Assembly (NCBI GenBank): GCA_963758175.1
Contig: CAVWUI010000010.1
Coordinates: 12,627-76,626 of the forward strand
From: an uncultured Verrucomicrobiae bacterium
GTDB taxonomy: Bacteria; Verrucomicrobiota; Verrucomicrobiia; Verrucomicrobiales; Akkermansiaceae
DNA: 64,000 bases
Reading direction: 5' to 3'
The notes under the pieces were generated by a model. That model had not been told where the DNA came from and did not search any database. It saw only the letters and a list, made by a program, of their open reading frames with translations. Positions within the stretch are counted from its first letter, which is position 1. Every line of letters starts with the position of its first letter. The position numbers and the translations under genes are program-made. Positions 51,457 through 61,804 of this stretch are shown piece by piece.

Positions 51457-52326
51457 TCAGAGGGTGACCTCGGTGCCGATACCGCCGTCGGTGAAAATTT
51501 CCAGGAGCAGCGCGTGGGGGAGCCGTCCATCGACAAAGTGGACTTTGCGGACACCGGAGTTGAGGGCGTCGATCGCGGAACGGATTTTCGGGATCATCCC
51601 TCCCGAGATGGTGCCGTCCGCGATGAGGGTGTTGGCTTTCGCGACATTGATGGATTTGATCAGGCTGGAAGGATCTCCGGGATCTGAGAGAAGACCGGGG
51701 ACGTCGGATAGATAGACGAGTTTCGAAACACGGAGTTCCTTCGCAAGTGCGGCGGCGGCGAGGTCGGCGTTGATATTGAGTGGCTTGCCGGTCGGAAGCT
51801 CCGCGGCCAGTGGTGAGATGACGGGAACGATGCCGGCCTTGTGGGCTGTGTCCATGTTGGCGAGATTGCATCCGACGACTTCGCCCACACGTCCCAGATC
51901 CACGGGGTTCCCGTCCTTGTCGAAAGATTTCATTTTCTCTCCGAGGAAAATGTCGGTGCCGGGAATGCCGATGGCTTTCCCGCCGAAGTCGCGGATCATG
52001 CGGACTAGACCGGGGTTGATCTCGTTGGAAAGGACACGGGAGACGAGATCGATGGCTTCCTCTCCGGTATAGCGGAGGCCGTTGATGAATTTCGCCTCGA
52101 TTCCGGATTTCTCCATGGCTGCGGAGATTGCTTTTCCTCCACCGTGGACGACAACGGGATTGATACCGGCGACTTCGAGAAAAGTGATGTCGCGCATGAC
52201 GTTGGCGACGAGTTCAGGATCTTCCATGGCGGAGCCGCCCATCTTGATAAGGATGGTTTTCGAGCGGAAGGCCTGGAGATAGGGGAGGGCCTCGATGAGG
52301 GCGTTGGCTTTTTCGGCGGGATTCAT
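51457..52326 (-). CDS. argB: Acetylglutamate kinase
   Basis: IKMGGSAM, VVHGGG, GLRYT, NINAD, GGMIPK, LLLEIFTD.GIGT. Confidence 0.97.
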   Translation of the reverse strand: MNPAEKANALIEALPYLQAFRSKTILIKMGGSAMEDPELVANVMRDITFLEVAGINPVVVHGGGKAISAAMEKSGIEAKFINGLRYTGEEAIDLVSRVLSNEINPGLVRMIRDFGGKAIGIPGTDIFLGEKMKSFDKDGNPVDLGRVGEVVGCNLANMDTAHKAGIVPVISPLAAELPTGKPLNINADLAAAALAKELRVSKLVYLSDVPGLLSDPGDPSSLIKSINVAKANTLIADGTISGGMIPKIRSAIDALNSGVRKVHFVDGRLPHALLLEIFTDGGIGTEVTL

Positions 52327-52370
52327 GATGGGGGCGCTGGTGGGAGATGATGGATGATCGGCGGCATTCG

Positions 52371-53846
52371 TTATTTTCCTGTAGGCTTGGGGGGCGACGT
52401 CTTGGAGGCGTTCTTTCGAGCGGTTTTTTTCGCGGTCTTTCTGGCGGTCTTTTTTGTTTTTTTTCTGGCTGACTTTCCCGCCGTTTTTTTCGCTGCGGCT
52501 TTTTTCACAGCCTTTTTCGCGGCAGTCTTTTTCACGGGCGGTTTTTCCGGGACTGGATCAGCGGCAGATGAGTGAGGAATATTCGCCCGCTTTTCCGGCG
52601 ACCCTACTGGCATTGTGGCGACGATAGCGAATGTGCCGAGAGCGGCGAAGGCGGGAAAAGTGGGAATCCAGGAGCCGGTGAGGGGGACGATGATGAAATG
52701 GATCGCCGCCAGGACGAAAGCATAGAGCAGGGAGGCCGTCGGTCGGCTCCCCAGCGGGTGGCGAGCGAAGACAGTGAATAGGATGACTAACGCGAGTAGC
52801 AGCGAAAGCTCGATGGCGGGGTGAAGGCGGGCGTAGGATTTGGAAGCGGAGGTTGAGTCGGGGGCGGTAAGGCTGGCGACAGTTCCGGCAAGGGATTTTG
52901 AGAAATCGCGGCTGCGTGGGTCGGCGGATGACAAGTCGTTGCGGAGAATGGCGGGCGGGACTTTATTTCCGGACAGAAGATCGTCCGGAGCGTCGATAAG
53001 AGAGGGTGCGCTGATGAGGGTATCGGGCGCGATGGGCACGGGGGCGTAGGTGAGCTTGCCGTATCTATCGATGGGGATGAAGGGGCCGTCCGCACCCAGG
53101 GAGATGAACTCGCCGAGACGGATTTCCAGAGCCTCGGGAGAAACCTGGAAATGGCGCATCGCGGTGAGGAGAGGGAATGAAAAAACAACGGAATCCTCCC
53201 AACGTGCGAGCATGCGGGGCGTGGTCGGGGGTGGCTCTGACTCTATAAACGAGAAACCCGCAAGGGAGGTTTTGTTGCCTAGAACGATGTCCGGTATGGG
53301 AATGTGGTTGACGATGGGGAGCAGGGTGGGATCGCCCGTGATCGATGACACAGGGACGGATGCGCGGCGGAATGCGGGCGGAATGGGTGACGGGTTCGCG
53401 TTACGGGTAAGAGGGGCGGTGGTGATGACCGAGGGGAGGGAATCGAACTGGAGATCGAGCGCGGCGAGTGAGATGGCATCCGTTTCCTGCCAGGCGAGAG
53501 GGATGGCGATGGCGGGGCCTGTCTCGCCCAGACGGGCGAAGTTTTTCAGTATGACTGCGAAATCGACGGGGGATGGCGGGGATGACTGGAAGAAGCCATC
53601 GGGATCGTCCCCAAGGGAGATGATGGTGGGAGTCTCTTCCGGATTTTCTCCTGGAGCGCTTTTCAAGGTGCGCAAGGTATGAGGCCTCGAATGGGTTCCG
53701 TTTCCCGTGATAAAGAAGGGTGGGTTGGCAAAGGATCGGGCTGTCAGAGAAAACAGGGCGCGGTCGATGGCTGTGCCGGGGATGAAAATCCATGCGAGGA
53801 ATGCCGCCACCGCGCAAGGGATAAGGACATGGAGACGGCGGAGCAT
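52371..53846 (-). CDS. Membrane protein with a CHASE2-like periplasmic region, 3 C-terminal TM helices and a histone-H1-like tail
   Basis: N-terminal TM helix, extracytoplasmic domain (IPIDRYGKL), 3 TM helices, KKTAAKKAVKKAAAKK tail. Confidence 0.6.
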   Translation of the reverse strand: MLRRLHVLIPCAVAAFLAWIFIPGTAIDRALFSLTARSFANPPFFITGNGTHSRPHTLRTLKSAPGENPEETPTIISLGDDPDGFFQSSPPSPVDFAVILKNFARLGETGPAIAIPLAWQETDAISLAALDLQFDSLPSVITTAPLTRNANPSPIPPAFRRASVPVSSITGDPTLLPIVNHIPIPDIVLGNKTSLAGFSFIESEPPPTTPRMLARWEDSVVFSFPLLTAMRHFQVSPEALEIRLGEFISLGADGPFIPIDRYGKLTYAPVPIAPDTLISAPSLIDAPDDLLSGNKVPPAILRNDLSSADPRSRDFSKSLAGTVASLTAPDSTSASKSYARLHPAIELSLLLALVILFTVFARHPLGSRPTASLLYAFVLAAIHFIIVPLTGSWIPTFPAFAALGTFAIVATMPVGSPEKRANIPHSSAADPVPEKPPVKKTAAKKAVKKAAAKKTAGKSARKKTKKTARKTAKKTARKNASKTSPPKPTGK

Positions 53847-53939
53847 GAGGCGTATTATGGACGGGTGCGACGTTCGTCCAATCAGGAATTTCTTTGGTCG
53901 GACGAGTGTTTTCTGACCGCGAACGAACATGGACTCACA

Positions 53940-54536
53940 CTACTCCGGGTCACCCTTTTTTTGAAAAGGAAGAGTCCGGATGATCTGCTCGGAGATTTCT
54001 TCAGGAGAGGAGTCGGTGGGGATAAGTCTCGCGAACGGTTCGTCTTTTAACGACAGGAAAATTTCACGGCAGCGGGCGAGGCTGGCGCGTTGCTCGAATT
54101 CGTTGGCGGTATCTCCGCGGACTCCGATGCGCTCAATGGCGCTGCCGACATCAAGATCGAGAATGATGAGAAGATCCGGGACGGGTGCGAAAGCTTCGTT
54201 CCTGCGACGGATTTCCTGCGGATCGAATCCACGCGCTCCCTGGTATGCCATGGTGGAGAAGTAGTAGCGGTCGAGAATGACGGTGTGGCCCGCGGAGAGA
54301 GCGGGGGCGATCTTTTCCTCCACGTGTTGGCGGCGATCCTTGAGAAAGGTCTCGAGTTCTTCCTCCGGAGAGAGGCGTCCGGTGGAAGCGGAGTTGCGAA
54401 GCAGGGTGCCCCATGGGCCATCGGTCGGCTCGCGGGACAGGATGACGGTTCTGCCCAGGGAGGTGAGGTGGGCGGCAAGCAGCTTCGCCTGGGTGGATTT
54501 GCCGGTGCCGTCGATGCCTTCGATTACTATGAACAT
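53940..54536 (-). CDS. tmk: Thymidylate kinase
   Basis: MFIVIEGIDGTGKSTQ, SREP, ILDRYYFSTMAYQG. Confidence 0.95.
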   Translation of the reverse strand: MFIVIEGIDGTGKSTQAKLLAAHLTSLGRTVILSREPTDGPWGTLLRNSASTGRLSPEEELETFLKDRRQHVEEKIAPALSAGHTVILDRYYFSTMAYQGARGFDPQEIRRRNEAFAPVPDLLIILDLDVGSAIERIGVRGDTANEFEQRASLARCREIFLSLKDEPFARLIPTDSSPEEISEQIIRTLPFQKKGDPE

Positions 54537-54582
54537 AAAGATTGGTGGCTTTTGCCGGATGATCGGTGACCAGTGGATAAAT

Positions 54583-56045
54583 TCACAGATACCTTTCAGT
54601 GAGATGGTTGAGGTAATGGCGGGTGGTCGGGGGGAGCCGGTCGCCTTCTTAATGAGGTCGGTGGGATTGTGGGTGGCTCCGTGACGGTGGACGTTTTGCT
54701 GGAGCCATTTTAAAAGGGGGGCGTAGTTGGCGGCGGAGGTGGCGGACTGAATCTCCGGATCGGCCATGGCAGCCTGGAAGAGCTGGGCGGCATTGATGTT
54801 GCCGAGTGTATAGGTGGGGAAGTAGCCTATGCCGCCCATAGACCAGTGGATGTCCTGGAGGCAGCCGTGGGCATCATTTTCAGGGGTGAAACCGAAAGAT
54901 TTCCGGAAGAGGTCGTTCCAGGTTTCCGGAACTTGGGAAACGGTGATTTCACGGTTGAGGAGCATGCGCTCCATCTGGAAACGGAGGATGATATGCAGAT
55001 CGTAGGTGGCTTCGTCGGCCTCGACGCGGATGGGCGAGAATTCGGCGCGATGGATGTAGCGGAGGAATTTTTCCAGGGGGAAATCCTTCAATTGTGAGAA
55101 ATGCTGGCGTGCGATGGGATAGAATTTCTCCCAGAACTCCGGAGAGCGTCCGACCTGGTTCTCCCAGAGGCGGGATTGGGATTCGTGGATGCCGAGGGAG
55201 ACGGCGGAGCCAGAGGGAAGGCCGAAATCACCGGCGGGGAGCCCCTGCTCGTACATGCCGTGGCCAGCCTCGTGCATGACGCCGAACAGGGAGGATGTGA
55301 AATCATTTTCCTCGTAGCGGGTGGTAAGGCGGATGTCGTTGGGACCCAGGGTGGTGCAGAAGGGATGGGTGGTGGTATCAATACGACCGTGGTGGAAGTC
55401 GAAGCCGATCTCGGCGGCGACCAGAGCGTTGAAATCCTGTTGTGCCGCGATCGGATAGGTTCCCGGAGGAAGCCGGGATTTTGCTTCCTTCGTGTTCTCC
55501 ACGGCTTGGGCAGAGAGGAGGGCGAGTTCTTTCTGTAGTTTTTCAAACAGAGAGGCGATAACCGAGGTGGAGGTGCCGCGTTCGTAGCCTTCGAGGAGCG
55601 CGTCGTATGGCTCGTTTCTGAAGCCCCAGAGGCTGGCTTTTTCCAATGCGAAATCGAGTAGGTTCTGGAGATGGGGGGCGAAGATGGAGAAGTCGGATGC
55701 TTTCCGGGCGGCGATCCAGGCGTGGTGGGCGGCGGATTGAGCGGTGGATTCGCGTGCGACGAGGTCGGTGGGTATTTTTACCGAGCGGTCGGACTCGCGA
55801 CGGAGTTCGCGGAGGTTGGTGGAGAGGGTGGTATCGGTGCCGTTGTCGGTGGATTCGGCATCCGCCAGGGATTTCAGATATTCCGGAGACGTGGAAAGAT
55901 CGTGGGCGTGTGCGGCAAGGTAGGAGAGTTGCTCGGAGCGATATTCGGCGGAGCCAGAAGGGAGGTAGGTTTCCTGATCCCAGGAAAGGATGGATCCGGC
56001 GGAATTGACGAGGGCTATACGCCGGGCACGTTCGAAAATGTTCAT
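54583..56045 (-). CDS. Carboxypeptidase Taq (peptidase M32), one C missing at about 54632
   Basis: HPFC, DIRLTTR, HEAGH, IHESQS, IRVEADE, GCLQDIHW, GYFPTYTLG; restoring C7 gives the natural end ATGSPPTTRHYLNHLTERYL*. Confidence 0.93.
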
Positions 56046-56120
56046 GGCCAAGGCTTGTGTATGGCGGGGCACACGTCCAACACGGAACGGCGGAGAGAGG
56101 CGGAATTTCCCGGAGGCCGG

Positions 56121-57006
56121 CTATTTTTCGGGAGAAATGATGTCCAGGTTCTCTGAAGATTCGTCGAGAGAGGCACGATAGGCTGCCAGTTGACCGGGAG
56201 TGAGGATGCCTTCGTAGCGATTCATCCTCGAATCGATCTCGGAACGCTGTATGGCCGCGATGTTCTCGAAAGAGGCCGGGTCTCCGGAGGCTTTGATTCT
56301 CCTAAGCAGGAGGATGCCTTCATCCGAAAACTTCTCGTTGCCGATGGGCAGTATGGAACCGGCGAGTGCGAGACGCGTGCCCGGAGAAATCCTGGACGCA
56401 TCCGCTTCCGCACGCTCACGAAGGATGTCGAGAGCCTGCTCCCTCTGTGCGGCGGTGAGATCCAGGTTCGCGAGTTCCTCGGCAAACGTCTCTGTGGGCG
56501 GTCGTCTCGACCTGGTTTTCCAGCACCCGGAGCTGGAATTTCCGGAAAGCCTCCTGCTGGGTTGGATCAAGGATCGCGAGGATATTCTTCTCAAGTTGCT
56601 CTCCGGCACGCTGATAGGAGGCGTCGGGAGATTCCCCGCTTTCGGTGGATGGCTGGGTCTCCTCGATGGCTGCGGCCACCGCTTTCGACTGGTCTTTGCT
56701 CAGCCCGAGAACTTCCACGAGCCGGAGCCATTTCGCCTGATCCGCCTTTATTGCGGACTCCGGGATCACGATGTCGTCGCGTGTGATCACTTCGCCGGTT
56801 CTATCCGGGATTGGATCGCGATCCTCCGGAACCGCCGGGACATCGGGGTTCTCAGTACGTGGCGGTGCTGCGGGGGGCTTACGCTCGACAGTTGCCGGAG
56901 CATCTCTGGTCACGGTCTCAAGTTCGCTGGACGCCGACCTGAACATCCAGCCCCCGGCGAAACCGAGGACAAGCGAAAGGAGGGAGGTGATGATTACGGG
57001 TTTCAT
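56121..57006 (-). CDS. Hypothetical N-anchored helical protein, frameshift at about 56497
   Basis: LVLGFAGGWM anchor; LGLSKDQ, LDPTQQ and LTPGQ (LTxxQ-like) motifs; two ORFs join when one C is removed. Confidence 0.7.
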
Positions 57007-57021
57007 AAGTCAGGGTGGCAA

Positions 57022-57690
57022 TCAGGCTTCCCGGATCGCGGAGATCGCCGCGGCCATGTCCTTGGCTCCGAAGGTGGTGGAGCCGGCGACCATGACGTTC
57101 GCGCCTGCCTTCGCCGAGAGGGCAGCGGTTTCCGCTCCTATGCCCCCGTCGACCTCGATATGGTAGGAGAGATGGTTGGTTTTTCTAAAGGCCGCCGCTT
57201 CCTCGACCTTTGCCATCATTTCAGTCATGAAAGGCTGACCGCCGAATCCGGGGACGACGGTCATGCAGAGCACCAGATCAACTTTGCTGAGAAAAGGGAC
57301 GACATCGGAAAAGGGTGTGGCCGGGTTCAGCGCGAGACCGGCAAGGCAGCCCGCCTCGCGGATTCGCTCCAGGGTCTCCGAGACATCGTGCTCCGCCTCT
57401 ACATGGACAGTCACGCAGTCCGCCCCTGCCGCAATGAAGCGCGGCAGGTAGTGGTCCGGGCGGGAGATCATCAGATGCACATCAAGGAAAATGTCGTTGG
57501 TCGCGTGAATTGTCCGTACCATTTCAGGTCCGAAGGAAATGTTGTCCACGAAATGGCCGTCCATGACGTCAAGGTGCAGCCAGTCCGCCCCGGCGTTGAT
57601 CGCGCGGGAGGTTTCCTCGCCCACTTTGGAAAAATCAGCCGCCAGCAGGGAAGGGGCGATCACCCTGTCGAGGTATGTCTTCGTAATCAC
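57022..57690 (-). CDS. rpe: Ribulose-phosphate 3-epimerase
   Basis: IAPSLLAADF, HLDVMDGHFV, DVHLM, MTVVPGFGGQ, EVDGG. Confidence 0.97.
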   Translation of the reverse strand: MITKTYLDRVIAPSLLAADFSKVGEETSRAINAGADWLHLDVMDGHFVDNISFGPEMVRTIHATNDIFLDVHLMISRPDHYLPRFIAAGADCVTVHVEAEHDVSETLERIREAGCLAGLALNPATPFSDVVPFLSKVDLVLCMTVVPGFGGQPFMTEMMAKVEEAAAFRKTNHLSYHIEVDGGIGAETAALSAKAGANVMVAGSTTFGAKDMAAAISAIREA

Positions 57691-57799
57691 GGGACAAACG
57701 AAGCACGGCGGCGGCGGATGGGAAGGAAAAAGAGGGAATGAGCGTATGAGTGCTTTACCCGGTTGCCCTTTTCCGACCACGACACTAGAACGCCTCCAC

Positions 57800-58300
57800 A
57801 TGACCGGAGAACTGATCATCGATCTGCACAGTGACGCCCATTTCATGGGGCAGGCGTTGCGTGAGGCGCGCAAGGCTCAAGCCGCCTCGGAAGTCCCGGT
57901 CGGCGCTGTCGTTGTGCATGAAGGCCAAATCATCGGGCGCGCCTGGAACCAGGTTGAAACCCTTAAAGACGCGACAGCTCATGCGGAAATGCTCGCCCTC
58001 ACCGCCGCACAACAAGCGCTCGGCGACTGGCGACTGGAGAAATGCACTCTGTATGTAACCAAGGAACCTTGCCCCATGTGCGCGGGAGCCATCGTTCATT
58101 GCCGACCCGACCGGGTGGTTTTCGGCTGCGGCGATCCGAAAGCGGGTGCCGCGGGAGGATGGATCAATCTCCTTGAGTCAAACCCGCCCCTTAATCACCG
58201 CTGCGAAGTGACCGCCGGGGTGATGGGGGAGGAGTCGCTCGAACTTCTCCAGTCCTTTTTCCGTGAGGCGCGCCAGCGCAGGAAAATGAGCGAATCTTGA
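57800..58300 (+). CDS. tadA: tRNA adenosine(34) deaminase
   Basis: EVPVGAV, ATAHAE, EPCPMCAGA, DPKAGA. Confidence 0.93.
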   Translation: MTGELIIDLHSDAHFMGQALREARKAQAASEVPVGAVVVHEGQIIGRAWNQVETLKDATAHAEMLALTAAQQALGDWRLEKCTLYVTKEPCPMCAGAIVHCRPDRVVFGCGDPKAGAAGGWINLLESNPPLNHRCEVTAGVMGEESLELLQSFFREARQRRKMSES

Positions 58301-58348
58301 AAAACATGTGGCCGAAATATCGTCAGGCGACAAACATTTAATGAAAAC

Positions 58349-60178
58349 ATGATGAAAGCCCTCCTCCTGATCCCGTTTCTCGTCCTTCCGAATCTCAACG
58401 CGGCCTCGTTCCTCGTCGAAGCCGAACAATTTTCAGAAAAAGGCGGATGGAAAGTGGATACGCAATTCATAGAGTCCATGGGATCTCCTTACCTGAACGC
58501 TCACGGCTTGGGGAAACCTGTCACGGACGCCTCCACCGCGGTTTCCGTCCCCGAGGATGGCGAATACAAGGTCTGGGTTCGAACGATAGACTGGAGCAAA
58601 CGCCTTGGCAGACCCTCCGCAGCGGGCACTTTCACCCTGTCGATCAACGGCGAGCAACTCGGCGAAACACTTGGAAACGCCGAGCCGGAGTGGCATTGGC
58701 AACCCGTCGGCACACGCGCTTTGAAAGCTGGTGAATCGAAGATCTCGCTGACCGACCTCACCGGCTTCAACGGGAGGGTCGATGCGATCCTTTTCTCCAC
58801 CGACAAGAATCTCACTCCTCCCGCGGACGCTGGAATCAACGACAGGCTGAAATGGAATATCGCCGGCGTCCCTAGTGGGATCGAGGAAACCGAGAAATAC
58901 GACCTGGTCGTCGTTGGCGGGGGTTACGGAGGGCTGGGGGCGGCAATTTCCGCAGCGCGCATGGGCATCAAGGTCGCCCTGATCCAGAACCGCGAAGTTC
59001 TCGGCGGCAACGGTTCGTCCGAAGTCCGGGTCTGGGCCATGGGCGATCTGCCGCCCAGCGAGTATAAATTCGCGGACATCATCAGGGAGATCCAGGATGA
59101 GGCGAAGGCTTCCCCGGCTCCCGCAGAACAGTTCGTGGATGACAAAAAAGAGAAGGTCGTTCGCGCGGAAGACAATATCACCCTCTATCTTGGCAACCAC
59201 GCCTACGGTCTCAATATGGCGGGAGACAGTATCGCTTCGGTGAACGTTCTCGAAGTTGCCACCGGGAAACTCCGGAAAATTCCCGGCACGCTCTTTGCAG
59301 ACTGCACCGGACACGGATTCATCGGCCAATGGGCGGGAGCGGATCTCACCATGGAGGATGAGGGACGCATGGGCATGAGTAACATGTGGACATGGAAAAA
59401 GACCGAAGAGGCCAAACCTTTCCCCGAGAAGGACTGGATGCTTAAATTTGGAGAAAAGGATTTTCCGTATCCCCGAGACGGCCACGCGCAGTGGTTCTGG
59501 GAAAGCGGCTTCGACAGCCACCCTATCGACGAGCTTGAAATGACTCGGGACTGGAACCTTGTGGCCAATTTCAGCGCCTGGAATGCCATCAAGAACTACA
59601 GTGCCCACGTCGCCCGCGATACCAAGGGGCATTCCACCGCCGAACTCACCTGGATGGCATACATAGGTGGCACCCGCGAAACCCAGCAGTTGCTCGGAGA
59701 TGTGATTCTCACTGGAAAGGACATCAGGGACGGCAAGGAATTCGACGACGGCATCGTGCTAACCACCTGGTCCATCGACCTTCATGTGCCTGAACCGAAA
59801 TATGCGAAAGTTCTCCCGGAGCATCCCTTCATATCCAAGGCCATACACGACCGCGTGATCGACAAGAAGGTGGGCTACCCGATTCCGTATCGCTCTTTCT
59901 ACTCGCGCAATGTCCCCAACCTTTTCATCGCGGGTCGAAATATCAGCGTGGACAGGGAGGCGCTCGGAACCATTCGCGTGATGAAGACGATAGGTATGAT
60001 GGGCGTAGCCGTCGGCAGGGCCGCCGCCATCTGTGTGACAGAAAATTGTCTGCCCGCCGATGTCTATCACAAGCACCTGAAAGAGGCGAAAAACCTCTGG
60101 CGCCAGCCTGGCGACACCCGCTTCACTAGCACCGATGAGCTGCGCGATTTCCTCGATAAAACGCCGGCCTCAGAATAG
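58349..60178 (+). CDS. Secreted FAD-dependent oxidoreductase (FAD_oxidored-like) with an N-terminal beta-sandwich
   Basis: Signal peptide; VEAEQF...GEYKVWVR module; VVVGGGYGG, LGGNGSSE, FADCTG, IPYRSFYS.NV.NLFIAGR, IRVMKT. Confidence 0.9.
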   Translation: MMKALLLIPFLVLPNLNAASFLVEAEQFSEKGGWKVDTQFIESMGSPYLNAHGLGKPVTDASTAVSVPEDGEYKVWVRTIDWSKRLGRPSAAGTFTLSINGEQLGETLGNAEPEWHWQPVGTRALKAGESKISLTDLTGFNGRVDAILFSTDKNLTPPADAGINDRLKWNIAGVPSGIEETEKYDLVVVGGGYGGLGAAISAARMGIKVALIQNREVLGGNGSSEVRVWAMGDLPPSEYKFADIIREIQDEAKASPAPAEQFVDDKKEKVVRAEDNITLYLGNHAYGLNMAGDSIASVNVLEVATGKLRKIPGTLFADCTGHGFIGQWAGADLTMEDEGRMGMSNMWTWKKTEEAKPFPEKDWMLKFGEKDFPYPRDGHAQWFWESGFDSHPIDELEMTRDWNLVANFSAWNAIKNYSAHVARDTKGHSTAELTWMAYIGGTRETQQLLGDVILTGKDIRDGKEFDDGIVLTTWSIDLHVPEPKYAKVLPEHPFISKAIHDRVIDKKVGYPIPYRSFYSRNVPNLFIAGRNISVDREALGTIRVMKTIGMMGVAVGRAAAICVTENCLPADVYHKHLKEAKNLWRQPGDTRFTSTDELRDFLDKTPASE

Positions 60179-61804
60179 TCCCTCGCATCGGCTCAAGCGC
60201 CATGCGCTGGGTCTCTACCGGCTTGCCCTGATCGTCGTTGCGTTGCTGTGCCTCTGGTTCGGGCAACCGGATCTTTCGGGGGTTTCGACGGAAATCTTAC
60301 TACGGGAAAGCAGAAATTCCCTACCCTCGGCCGCATCCCTTGGGGATCCTCAGGATGGCTTTTATCCTGTTCTCTCAAAGAAAGAAGACCTCCTCGGTTG
60401 GGCGACTACCACATATCCGCAGGCCGAAATGATCCAGGGGTATTCCGGCCCGTCCGAGCTCTTCATTCTGCTCGCATCGGATCGTACCATTCTTTCCGTA
60501 GGTTTCCTGAAATCCGCGGATACCGACGGACATGTTTCGAAAATTCGGGACAATGATCCTTTCTGGAGCCAGTGGGATGGGAAAACCGAAACAGGGGCAG
60601 GTGCCACTCGTGATGTCAGGATTGTCAGCGGCGCCACCCTGACTAGTGAGGCCATGGCGCGCGGCGTCGCCGCGAGGTTCGGGGCGAAGGGTCTGGCCAG
60701 TGGTTTCCGGAGGCACTTGATCTGGAGACCATCCGGCGCTGGTATCCCCAAGCGGACGCGATCACAGGCACGGAAGAGGCAGGCGTGAGCACCGTAAAAA
60801 GATCCGGAGAAAGTATTGGAACGATCCTGAGAAGCAGCCGTATGGGTGTCCTTTCCCGCGGGTTCAATGGCATATCCGACGTGCTCCTGGCTCTATCCAA
60901 AGACGGGAAAACCATCCTAGGCGTCGCCCTCCTCGGTAGCAGGGACAACCAGCCCTATGTCGGGTACGTTAGAGACGAACTCCTTTACGCGGACGGGTTC
61001 GCGGGACTGCCGGTCGATTTCAGCACGGCACCCGACGATGCGCCCCTTATCGTGAGTGGAGCGAGCGTGACAGCGGATGCCGTCATCCTTTCCGTCGACG
61101 AGATGCTCGCAAAACACCTGAAAGAAAGAAAGTCGGAGCCGTTCCCCTGGAAATCTTCTATCGCGATCATTTGGATCGCGGCAGGTGTTTTTGTGGGTCT
61201 TGGAAAACGCTTCGGCAGCCGCAGGTGGCGGATGGCCTTTGCCGGGATATCTGTGATCGCCGGCCTGGCGTTGGGGTGGATGGTCAGTCAGGATCAGTTG
61301 GTCGGCTGGGGTAGGCACGGGCTCTCCGGAGGGATTGCCCTTCCCCTGCTTTTGCTGACCGCGGCCGCGCTGCTCGTCCCGGCTCTAACGGGGAAAAACG
61401 TATATTGCAGCCGCATCTGCCCGCACGGCGCGGCACAGACCATCCTTGGAGGTGTTGTAAAAAAGCGGTTTTCGCTCCCTGGCTGTGTCCACCGCGCGTT
61501 CCAGAAGTTACCTTGGATCACTCTTCTGGCCATCTGGGGCATCGCGTTCGCTGGCATGGCCGTTCCGCTTGCGCAGGCGGAGCCGTTCGAGATCTGGAGC
61601 ACAGGATTTTATGCCCTCGTGCCGGCGGCAATTCTGACCATCGGACTGGTTGCGGCGGTTTTTCTTCCGCAGGCGTACTGCCATTACGGCTGCCCGACAG
61701 GGGCTCTCCTCAAATTTCTGACCTACTCGCCGTCCGCATGGACACGCCGCGATACCATGGCTAGTATACTGGTCACGGTCGCCCTCGTTTACAGTCTGGC
61801 CTGA
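60135..61804 (+). CDS. Membrane protein with two FMN-binding domains and a NosR/NapH-like CxxxCP module, frameshift at about 60693
   Basis: IVSGATLTSEAM and IVSGASVTADAV flavinylation motifs; YCSRICPHG and YCHYGCPTG; about 6 TM helices; start uncertain. Confidence 0.85.

Noticed and set aside
53940-56072. Apparent 710-aa carboxypeptidase M32-thymidylate kinase fusion
   Set aside because: Adding one C to the C6 run (G6 at about 54629-54634 on +) restores a typical M32 end (HYLNHLTERYL*, stop at 54583). tmk has its own ATG at 54536, and the linker is junk-like. It is the same indel type seen across the window.
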